DNA of 13,034 nt from Armatimonadota bacterium (GCA_038248345.1 JBBRXO010000077.1:1-13034), one strand, 5' to 3'. Positions 1-6,727 are shown, counted from the first letter of the stretch. The notes: generated from the sequence alone by a model not told the origin. Made by a program: numbers and translations.

Positions 1-32
1 ACACGGCAGAGGCGGTTACATTGTGACAATAA

Positions 33-60
33 GCGGGGCGGTCCAACCGGGCCGCCCCGT
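33..60 (+). terminator. GC-rich hairpin, probable terminator of an upstream gene
   Basis: GCGGGGCGGTCC-AACC-GGGCCGCCCCGT forms a 12-bp stem with G:U pairs. It follows a TGA at 24-26 (frame 3 reads ...TAEAVTL*). The T-run (69-73) is not directly adjacent. Confidence 0.45.
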
Positions 61-141
61 GTCATATATTTTTCGGAGGGATCAGTAATGAGGTGCGCTT
101 CATTATTGGGGGATAAAAAACTGACAGCGTGGTATCCCTTA

Positions 142-270
142 GCCCAGCCCTGAAGGACTGGGCTGGCAGGCCTTCGGCCGATCGCCCTCCGGGCGGGACG
201 GGCAGGGTTAAGTCGTCCCGTCCGAAGGACGATCGGCGTAGTCTACTAGCCCTGTCGTTTACGGCTGGGC
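142..270. repeat. REPIN/BIME-like nested imperfect inverted repeat
   Basis: Arm 142-200 aligns with the reverse complement of 214-270 (core 179-200 vs 214-235 matches 19/22) around a 13-nt spacer. Each outer end is itself a palindrome (GCCCAGCCCTGAAGGACTGGGC; GCCCTGTCGTTTACGGCTGGGC). Confidence 0.7.
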
Positions 271-304
271 GATAGGCTGACGGACTTAAAAACTCTAAAT
301 CAGC

Positions 305-327
305 CTTGGAACTTGGAACTTGGAACT
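305..327. repeat. Heptamer tandem repeat (CTTGGAA)x3
   Basis: CTTGGAA CTTGGAA CTTGGAA CT is read directly, just upstream of the nfo RBS. Confidence 0.85.
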
Positions 328-347
328 GTTTTTCGGAGAAAACTACC

Positions 348-1205
348 ATGATCACCGCGCCTCCGCTCCTGGGAGCACATTTCGGTACCAGCGACGGGCT
401 GGCCGCCATGGTGTACACCGCCATCGACGCCGGGGCTAACTGCGCGCAAGTCTTCACCAGCAGCCCGCAGCAATGGCGTGGCAAACTGCACAAGCCGGAG
501 GATGTGGCGAAGTTCCGCGCCGCGCTGGCGGAGACGGGCTTCGGGCCGATAATCACGCACGACAGCTACCTGGTGAATGCCTCTTCGCCGGACGAAGTAA
601 TCCTGGCGAAGTCGCGCGCCGCACTCAGTGAGGAGATCGCCCGCTGCGCACAACTGGGCATCGGGTACATCGTGATGCACTGGGGCGCTTACAAGGAGAC
701 ATCGCTGGAGGCCGGGCTGCAGACGCTGGCGGAAACCCTCAACGGGCTGATACCGCTGGCGGATGACGCCGGGGTGCAGATACTGCTGGAGACCACCGCC
801 GGACAGGGGACGGCGCTGGGCGGCGACTTCGCGCAGTACGCGCAACTCTTTGCACTGGTGCCCGCGCACGAGCGTCTGGGTGCCTGCCTAGACACCTGCC
901 ACATCTTCGCCGCCGGCTATGACATCAGCACCGCGACGGGATACGAGCAGGTGATGGCAGAATTCGACCAGCACGTGGGGCTGGCGCGGCTGAAATGCAT
1001 CCACATGAACGACACCGCCAGCGCGCTGGGCAGCCACCTGGACCGCCACGCACACATCGGCACCGCCCAACTGGGCGACGCCACCTTCCGCCGTATCATG
1101 AACGACCCCCGCCTGCGCAACGTCCCCAAAATTATTGAGACCCCCGGCGGCATCGAGATGCACACCATGAACATCGCCCGGTTGCGGGGGATACTGGCGT
1201 CGTAG
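348..1205 (+). CDS. nfo: Endonuclease IV (deoxyribonuclease IV, AP endonuclease family 2)
   Basis: Motifs LLGAH, QVF, HDSYLVN, LLETTAGQG, CLDTCHIFAAGYD, HMND, DRHAHIG and IIETP include the Zn ligands. Start moved to ATG 348, which has GGAG at 335-338. Confidence 0.93.
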   Translation: MITAPPLLGAHFGTSDGLAAMVYTAIDAGANCAQVFTSSPQQWRGKLHKPEDVAKFRAALAETGFGPIITHDSYLVNASSPDEVILAKSRAALSEEIARCAQLGIGYIVMHWGAYKETSLEAGLQTLAETLNGLIPLADDAGVQILLETTAGQGTALGGDFAQYAQLFALVPAHERLGACLDTCHIFAAGYDISTATGYEQVMAEFDQHVGLARLKCIHMNDTASALGSHLDRHAHIGTAQLGDATFRRIMNDPRLRNVPKIIETPGGIEMHTMNIARLRGILAS

Positions 1206-1224
1206 CATGGGCGTCCCGCCCATG
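1202..1224 (+). repeat. GTAG-type REP-like palindrome overlapping the nfo stop codon
   Basis: GTAG + CATGGGCG-TCC-CGCCCATG: a perfect 8-bp stem directly preceded by the GTAG tetranucleotide. Confidence 0.55.
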
Positions 1225-1263
1225 AGAACGGGGTAAAGCGCAGATATCAGTATCCCCAGCAGT

Positions 1264-1299
1264 ATGTTTACAAACATTTGTTCAACAATATGATATAAT
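1264..1299 (+). promoter_or_regulatory. Extended -10 promoter of the MNT gene with overlapping operator-like palindromes
   Basis: TGATATAAT (TGn + TATAAT) at 1291-1299. ATGTTT-AC-AAACAT at 1264-1277. AAAC-ATTT-GTTC at 1272-1283 is one mismatch from GAAC-N4-GTTC. Confidence 0.55.
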
Positions 1300-1324
1300 T
1301 ATTTGCATATTGGGAGTGATACCT

Positions 1325-1624
1325 ATGAGCGTTCATATACAATTTGACCGGGGCCAAATCACCGAATTCTGCAGTCGGCATTATATCAGCAAATTCGCCT
1401 TTTTTGGCTCAGTGCTACGGGATGATTTCCGCCCGGAGAGCGATGTAGATGTGCTTATTGAGTTTGAACCAGACCATATTCCCGGCCTGATTGAACTGAT
1501 GAAGATGCAACTGGAGTTCTCCGACATGGTGGGTAGGGATGCCGACTTCCGCGCCCCTGGCGACCTGCACCACTCCTTCCGAGATCAGGTTGTTGCTGAA
1601 GCCGAGGTGTTGTATGGGGCTTAA
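1325..1624 (+). CDS. Minimal nucleotidyltransferase (MntA-type antitoxin family), 99 aa
   Basis: FFGSVLRDDFRPESDVDVLIEF gives the GS-x10-DxD Pol-beta-superfamily motif, and the size is typical of MNT. A GGGAG RBS lies just before ATG 1325. Confidence 0.88.
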   Translation: MSVHIQFDRGQITEFCSRHYISKFAFFGSVLRDDFRPESDVDVLIEFEPDHIPGLIELMKMQLEFSDMVGRDADFRAPGDLHHSFRDQVVAEAEVLYGA

Positions 1625-1652
1625 TAGCGATTAGCAACGCATAGAACAGATG
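1614..1652 (+). pseudogene. Possible N-terminal relic of a HEPN (HepT/DUF86) toxin gene
   Basis: An ATG at 1614 overlaps the MNT end, as in coupled MNT-HEPN pairs. It reads MGLNSD*QRIEQM with an in-frame TAG at 1632-1634, loosely like DUF86 starts (D-x-x-R-L-x-H-M). I saw no RX4H motif downstream. Confidence 0.25.
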
Positions 1653-1803
1653 GCCATTCGATATTGCCCCAAAACCGCTCCACCACCGCACTCTCCAAAA
1701 TGCTGATCGTTTGCCTTTCACAATCTACCTTTGCAGGCACGCTGTAAGGCAGCACGACCGACCAGCGGTGAATTTTCAACATCTCAAAAAATCACCAAAA
1801 CTG

Positions 1804-1832
1804 TTGACAGAGTCGTAAAATCGTAGTATTCT
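1804..1832 (+). promoter_or_regulatory. Sigma70-type promoter of the tetR efflux operon
   Basis: TTGACA (1804-1809), a 17-bp spacer, then TATTCT (1827-1832). Confidence 0.75.
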
Positions 1833-1836
1833 TCAA

Positions 1837-1856
1837 TTAACCAACCGGTTGGTTAA
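1837..1856. promoter_or_regulatory. Putative TetR operator
   Basis: Perfect 20-bp palindrome TTAACCAACCGGTTGGTTAA over the predicted transcription start, directly upstream of the tetR-family gene. Confidence 0.8.
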
Positions 1857-1866
1857 GGGGTTGATT

Positions 1867-2481
1867 ATGACTGAGGGTATGAGCGGAACAACTGAAATGA
1901 CGGATGCACGGCGGAGGTTGCTGGAGGCGGGGGCACGGATATTTGCTTCGCATGGGTACAGCGGTACGGGGGTGCAGCAGATAACGGATGCTGCGGGCGC
2001 TAACAAGGCGATGCTTTTCTATTACTTTCACACCAAGGATGGCATCTATGATGAGTTACTGGCGGAAGGTATCACAATGCTGGAGGAGGCGGTACTCAAG
2101 GCGGAGACGCCGGCTGATGCTCCCCTAGCTCACCGGTTGCGGGCTTTTGTCGGTGGAATGTTGAATATCGTGGTGGAAAAACCGGAGCTGGCGCGGATGC
2201 TTTACCGCGAGGTGACTGGTGGCGGTGAGAGTAACCGGCCGGCGGTAGTGGAGCATCTCTCTGACTGTATTCAGCGGTTGACGATAGTATTGTATGCTGC
2301 TATGCGTGCAGACGAGCTGGCGCCGGATGACCCCGTTCTCGCGGCATACTCGCTCTTCGGGATGCCGGTAATGTTCATCAGCAGCCACTTCATCACCGGA
2401 CGCCCACTGGAGGTGCCGGGGTTGGTGGAGCATATCGTGAAGCTGTTTCTGGAAGGTCTGGGGAGGGAAAGAGTATGTTGA
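1867..2481 (+). CDS. TetR/AcrR-family transcriptional regulator
   Basis: N-terminal HTH ARRRLLEAGARIFASHGYSGTGVQQITDAAGANKAMLFYYFHTKDGIY. ATG 1867 follows AAGGGG; 1879 is an alternative start. Confidence 0.9.
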   Translation: MTEGMSGTTEMTDARRRLLEAGARIFASHGYSGTGVQQITDAAGANKAMLFYYFHTKDGIYDELLAEGITMLEEAVLKAETPADAPLAHRLRAFVGGMLNIVVEKPELARMLYREVTGGGESNRPAVVEHLSDCIQRLTIVLYAAMRADELAPDDPVLAAYSLFGMPVMFISSHFITGRPLEVPGLVEHIVKLFLEGLGRERVC

Positions 2482-3857
2482 AGAATATGCATCGGCTGCT
2501 ATTACCGTTATTGGCGATCACTTTCGTGTTGCCAACGGCGCTACACGCGGAGGAGCAGGGATTCACACTGGAGCAGGCGGTGATGCAAGCACTGACCGCT
2601 AATCCGGAGCTGAGCATGGCGACATCTGATATAACGGTGCTGCAGGCGAAGCGCGGACAGATACGAGCGCGGGAGGGGGTGACGGTTGATGTGGTAGGCA
2701 GCAGCACCTTCCTATCTGCGCAGCCTGTGATGAGGGTGGATCCGATGACGATGCACCTGCCCGCTGCGCTGGGCGGCGCGACGATGCAGGTGCCAATACC
2801 GGATATGCCACTGGCGAACCACAACGTAACGCTGGCAGAGCTGACGGTGAAATACCCGCTTTACACGGGGGGACGTATCAGCAGTGCGCTGGAGCAGGTG
2901 GAGTGTGGCACGCAGACGCTGAACGAAATACGCGAAGCCAAACGCGAGGAGATCGCACTTGCCACCACACGTGCCTACTTGAGTACGGTGCTTGCGCAGC
3001 GGGTTGCAGTGGTAGCTGACGAGGCTTATGAGATCGCCAAACTACATGAGGGGCAGACACAGAAGTTGCTCGATAACGGCCAGGTAGCGAAGTATGACCT
3101 GATCCGTGCGCAAACGGAGGTGGCCAATCTGAAGCGACGGCAGCTGGACGCACACAACCAGGTGGAGTTGGCGCGGGCATACCTGCAGGCGATACTGGGG
3201 ACGAGCGAGCAGGCGCGGGCAACCTTGACCACCCCATTGGATGGACAGCATAAGTATGCATTGACAATGATGGAGACCAGTGACAGCGCGCAGAACAGCA
3301 GTCACGCGTTGTTGGCGCTGGACGCACGTGACAAGCTCTACGTTGCCGCCGAGGATTCCGCCCGGGCGGATACCCACCCGGCGGTGGGGGCGCTGGCCAC
3401 GCGCGAGTTATACATCAATGACCAGCCCTTCACTACGCCTAAATATACGCTGGGATTGATGTTCACCATACCGCTATTTGATGGCGGGATGTCGAAGGGA
3501 AAAATAGCGGAACAGGAGGCATTGCGTCAGCGTAACCGGCAGGAGGTGCGGCGCGTGAAGGACGGACTGGAGCTGGAGGCGCGCAAGTACTATCTGGACT
3601 ACCAAAACGCGGAGCAGGCGTTGAGTAATGCCGACCAGGCGGTGACGCTGGCACAGGAGAGTCTGCGGCTGGCGACGCGCCGCTTTGCGGAGGGCCAGGG
3701 GACGAGCCTGGAGATGATGGATGCCAACCTGGCGTTGCTGCTGGCGAAGACGAACCGGGAGCAGGCGTTATATCAGCATGAGCTGGCCTACTATGGCTTG
3801 AAGAAGGTGACCGGAGGGATTATCTCCGAGTTCACGGCGACGGAGGTGGGGAGATGA
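2475..3857 (+). CDS. TolC-family outer membrane efflux protein
   Basis: Signal peptide ending ALHA, then TLEQAVMQALTANPEL, paired repeats YPLYTGGR / IPLFDGG, and RRFAEGQGTSLEMMDA. Overlaps the tetR stop. Confidence 0.9.
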   Translation: MLKNMHRLLLPLLAITFVLPTALHAEEQGFTLEQAVMQALTANPELSMATSDITVLQAKRGQIRAREGVTVDVVGSSTFLSAQPVMRVDPMTMHLPAALGGATMQVPIPDMPLANHNVTLAELTVKYPLYTGGRISSALEQVECGTQTLNEIREAKREEIALATTRAYLSTVLAQRVAVVADEAYEIAKLHEGQTQKLLDNGQVAKYDLIRAQTEVANLKRRQLDAHNQVELARAYLQAILGTSEQARATLTTPLDGQHKYALTMMETSDSAQNSSHALLALDARDKLYVAAEDSARADTHPAVGALATRELYINDQPFTTPKYTLGLMFTIPLFDGGMSKGKIAEQEALRQRNRQEVRRVKDGLELEARKYYLDYQNAEQALSNADQAVTLAQESLRLATRRFAEGQGTSLEMMDANLALLLAKTNREQALYQHELAYYGLKKVTGGIISEFTATEVGR

Positions 3858-5128
3858 GCACGAAGGATATGAAAGAAGAGAAGAAAACGCCGTGGTGGCG
3901 TCCATTAAGCATCGGTTTAGCGGTAGTCGCGGTATTTACACTCGGGTTTTTTGTCATCAATGCCGCACGCTCCAGCGCAGCCGCCGGGAATGGCGGTAAG
4001 GAGCTGGTGGTAGACGGCGTACTGGAGAGCGAGAAGGTAGACGTAAGCTCGAAAATACCTGGGCGGCTCTCCGAGTTGCTGGTGAAGGAGGGCGACACCG
4101 TGAATGCCGGGCAACTGCTGGCGACTATAGAAGCGAATGAGCTGGATGCCAAGCATGACCAGGCGGTGGCCGGGGTGAACGCGGCGGAGACGCAGGTGGC
4201 GCAAGGGAATATGGCCGTGGAGCTGGAGAACCGCAAAGGAAATGACCAGATTGAGCAGGCGAAGGCAGGAGTGGATGCCGCCGACGCCGCACTGGGGATG
4301 GCGCAACAGAAGCTGGCGGCGCTGGAGAGCGGGGCGCGCCCGCAGGAGATAGCGCAAGCGGAGCAGGCGGTGGCGGCGGCACAAGCGGCTTATGACACTG
4401 CAGAGAAGACCAGCGGACGGATAACGCGGCTGGCCGACGAGGGCGTGGTGAGCCGACAGAAGGCGGACGAGGTGGAGATGGCCTTTCATAGCGCCAAGGC
4501 GAACCTGACGGCACAGCAGGCGAAGCTTGATCTGGTGCGCGAAGGGGTGCGGCCTGAGGAGCGAGAAGCCGCGCGACAGCAGGTGAAACAGGCGGAGGCA
4601 GGGGTGGCGGCAGCCCGGCAGACACTGCAGTTGGCGCGAGACGGCAAGATGATGGTGGGGATACGCAGCAAGGATGTGGACGCGGCACGGCAAAAAGTGG
4701 CCGCGAGCCAAGGGCAGGTACGCGAAGTAGCGGCCTACCAGAACCAGACGCAGATCGTCGCGCCTATCAGCGGGCGTATCACGCAACGAATGAGCAAAGG
4801 CGGGGAGATCGTCGCCTCTGGGTATGCTATCCTCACCATAGCACGTACGGAAGATTACCATGTGAACGTAAACGTGGATGAGTCAAAGTTCGCGGGTCGC
4901 AAGGTGGGCGACGCGGTGACGGTGGAGATTCCCGCATTGGGACGCAGTGTCCGGGGTAAAATCTCCGCGCTACTGCCCGCCGCCGACTTCGGCACACGGC
5001 GAGCGACCAATGAGAAAGGCACCTTTGATGTGCGTGCGGTGCAATTGCGCGTGACGTTGGAAGAGAATGTAGCGGAGCTGGCCAATGGGGTGACCGCACG
5101 GGTTCACTTCGCGCCGGTGGGGAGATAA
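3854..5128 (+). CDS. HlyD-family periplasmic adaptor (membrane fusion protein)
   Basis: N-terminal TM helix, lipoyl half-motifs VSSKIPGRLSELLVKEGDTV and IVAPISGRI, and a long coiled coil. ATGA overlap with tolC. Confidence 0.92.
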   Translation: MSTKDMKEEKKTPWWRPLSIGLAVVAVFTLGFFVINAARSSAAAGNGGKELVVDGVLESEKVDVSSKIPGRLSELLVKEGDTVNAGQLLATIEANELDAKHDQAVAGVNAAETQVAQGNMAVELENRKGNDQIEQAKAGVDAADAALGMAQQKLAALESGARPQEIAQAEQAVAAAQAAYDTAEKTSGRITRLADEGVVSRQKADEVEMAFHSAKANLTAQQAKLDLVREGVRPEEREAARQQVKQAEAGVAAARQTLQLARDGKMMVGIRSKDVDAARQKVAASQGQVREVAAYQNQTQIVAPISGRITQRMSKGGEIVASGYAILTIARTEDYHVNVNVDESKFAGRKVGDAVTVEIPALGRSVRGKISALLPAADFGTRRATNEKGTFDVRAVQLRVTLEENVAELANGVTARVHFAPVGR

Positions 5129-5130
5129 CG

Positions 5131-6318
5131 ATGAGCCTGGTACGCATTGCGCGGCTAATTGCGCGGGAGTGCAAGTTCCTCTTTACAGATTGGCGGCTGC
5201 TGTTGATACTGCTCTTCGTCCCGTTCGCCTACTCGATCCTCTTCGGGTACATCTACCAGCCGAAGCGGGTGAGCGCGATATCCACCTGGGTTATTGACGA
5301 AGATCACAGCGAACTCAGCCGTACCATCCGCGACGGCATCTCGCGCAGCGACACGTTCTCCATCACGCGCGAGGATGGGAACATGGAGGCATTCAGCGCC
5401 GCTACGCAGAAGAGCGAGGCGTTTGTCTGTTTCTATATCCCGAAGGAGTTTGAAGCTGATGTGAAGAAAGGCCGCACGGCGCGTATCACCACCTTCATCG
5501 ACGGCAGCAATATGCTCATCTCCAACAGCGCTATGCGCTCTGCTGCGGAGATAGGAGGCACCTTCTCGGTGGCGGTGCAGATGAAGCGGCTGGCCATGCG
5601 CGGTACTCCCACAGAGTATACCCAGCAGGCCAGCCAGCCAGTGGAGACGGTGACCCGCGTTGCGTATAACCCGGCCTTCAACTACATGGACTTCCTGTTG
5701 CCGGGGCTGCTGGCAACTGTTTTGCAGCAGGTTACGTTGTTGTTGGTGGCGCTGGCATTCGCCAAAGAGAGCGAACTGAGGCTATTTGGGCAAATACTGG
5801 CCATCAGCAAAAGCCCGCTAGAGGTGCTGATTGCCAAGGGACTCACCTACACCGTGCTGAATCTGGCGGTGTCTCTGCTGGTGTTCCTGCTGGCGATAAA
5901 AGGGTTTGGCGTGACAGTAGTGGGCAGTCTGCCGCTCTTTGTGCTACTGCTGACGATCTTCATCAGCGCGCTGGTGGCGATGGGGCTGCTGATAAGCGCG
6001 GTCGCGCGCGACCAGCTATTTGCCACACAGGTATTGATGCTCATCGCGGTACCCAGTTTCCTGGTCAGCGGTTTCACCTGGCCGCAGCAGGCGATGATCC
6101 CGGCAATCCGCGCCCTCAGCGATGCGTTGCCACTGACCCACTTTGTCCTCGCCATGCGGCAGATAATCGTGCAGGGAGCGGATATCAGCATCATCCGCCC
6201 GCATCTGCTCTGGCTCTGGTGCCTCACCGGCGTCAGTTACCTGCTGGCGTGGTTGGTGATTCGGGGGCGAATGAAGGCGGCGGGTTTACCTGACCCCCAG
6301 GTGCCCCTTTCGTCTTAG
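5131..6318 (+). CDS. ABC-2 family transporter permease (YbhR/YhhJ-like)
   Basis: One N-terminal TM, an extracytoplasmic domain (VIDEDHSELSR, FIDGSN), YNPAFNYMDFLLPG, several more TMs and SGFTWP...PLTHF. Confidence 0.9.
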   Translation: MSLVRIARLIARECKFLFTDWRLLLILLFVPFAYSILFGYIYQPKRVSAISTWVIDEDHSELSRTIRDGISRSDTFSITREDGNMEAFSAATQKSEAFVCFYIPKEFEADVKKGRTARITTFIDGSNMLISNSAMRSAAEIGGTFSVAVQMKRLAMRGTPTEYTQQASQPVETVTRVAYNPAFNYMDFLLPGLLATVLQQVTLLLVALAFAKESELRLFGQILAISKSPLEVLIAKGLTYTVLNLAVSLLVFLLAIKGFGVTVVGSLPLFVLLLTIFISALVAMGLLISAVARDQLFATQVLMLIAVPSFLVSGFTWPQQAMIPAIRALSDALPLTHFVLAMRQIIVQGADISIIRPHLLWLWCLTGVSYLLAWLVIRGRMKAAGLPDPQVPLSS

Positions 6319-6476
6319 AACCTTGATTCGCATGATTAAAGGATTATTGCTGAGCTATTTGTCATCGCTGTTGGATAGCCTCAGCAATAATGGTTTTCTC
6401 TACATTCAATAATACGCTATCCAACAGCAGAGGCATTGACCTCAAGCTAATCCTTTAATCAGGCGAATCAAGGTTC
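6318..6476. mobile_element. MITE-like non-autonomous element, 159 bp
   Basis: TIR GAACCTTGATTCGCATGATTAAAGGATTA (6318-6346) matches the reverse complement of 6448-6476 at 28/29. It is flanked by TTA at 6315-6317 and 6477-6479. The reconstructed empty site GTC-TTA-GAC is symmetric. AT-rich, with no ORF in the track. Confidence 0.65.
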
Positions 6477-6576
6477 TTAGACAAGTTACGATGGGGCACG
6501 TTATTCGTGATCCCGTCGGTAATCGGTGGTGGAGTGGGGGTTTTAATGAGAGCTACGATAAAACGACCAAATTTCC

Positions 6577-6606
6577 TTGACTTCACACGGCTGAATCTTA
6601 TATAAT
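6577..6606 (+). promoter_or_regulatory. Sigma70-type promoter of rpsB-tsf
   Basis: TTGACT (6577-6582), an 18-bp spacer, then TATAAT (6601-6606). Confidence 0.7.
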
Positions 6607-6610
6607 TTAT

Positions 6611-6727
6611 TGGTTTGCAACTGATAGCTCGGGCGAGTTAACTCCCTGCCTGGGTGGCCAATCTGGTAATCTGACGTTGCGACTAATTAAATTTTCCCGC
6701 TTTGCGGGAGCAAGGGAGTATACCTAC
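6611..6727 (+). promoter_or_regulatory. Structured rpsB 5' leader (candidate S2 autoregulatory element)
   Basis: A ~115-nt leader in which TTGCAAC (6615-6621) can pair with GTTGCGA (6676-6682). Hairpin TTCCCGC-TTT-GCGGGAG (6694-6710) lies just before the AAGGGAG RBS. Confidence 0.4.

Noticed and set aside
305..327. Possible CRISPR-like repeat
   Set aside because: The 7-bp units have no spacers, and there are no cas genes in the window.
306..347. N-terminal extension MELGTWNCFSEKTT of the nfo ORF
   Set aside because: It is a translation of the heptamer repeat. ATG 348 has an RBS and matches the family start.
62..1277. Minus-strand ORFs 62-556, 300-869, 689-904, 888-1277 and 917-1174
   Set aside because: Antisense shadows of nfo and of the repeat region, with no recognisable motifs.
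4240..4740. Internal repeats in the HlyD protein (GARPQEIAQA / GVRPEEREAA)
   Set aside because: A normal feature of long alpha-hairpin YbhG-type adaptors.
3917..4861. 314-aa minus-strand ORF
   Set aside because: Antisense shadow of the GC-rich coiled-coil hlyD gene, with Leu/Arg/His-rich non-protein-like composition.
6677..6727. TTG start of the rpsB ORF at 6677 (likewise 7832 for tsf and 8766 for the nitroreductase)
   Set aside because: Downstream ATGs at 6728, 7850 and 8820 have good RBSs and match the family N-termini.
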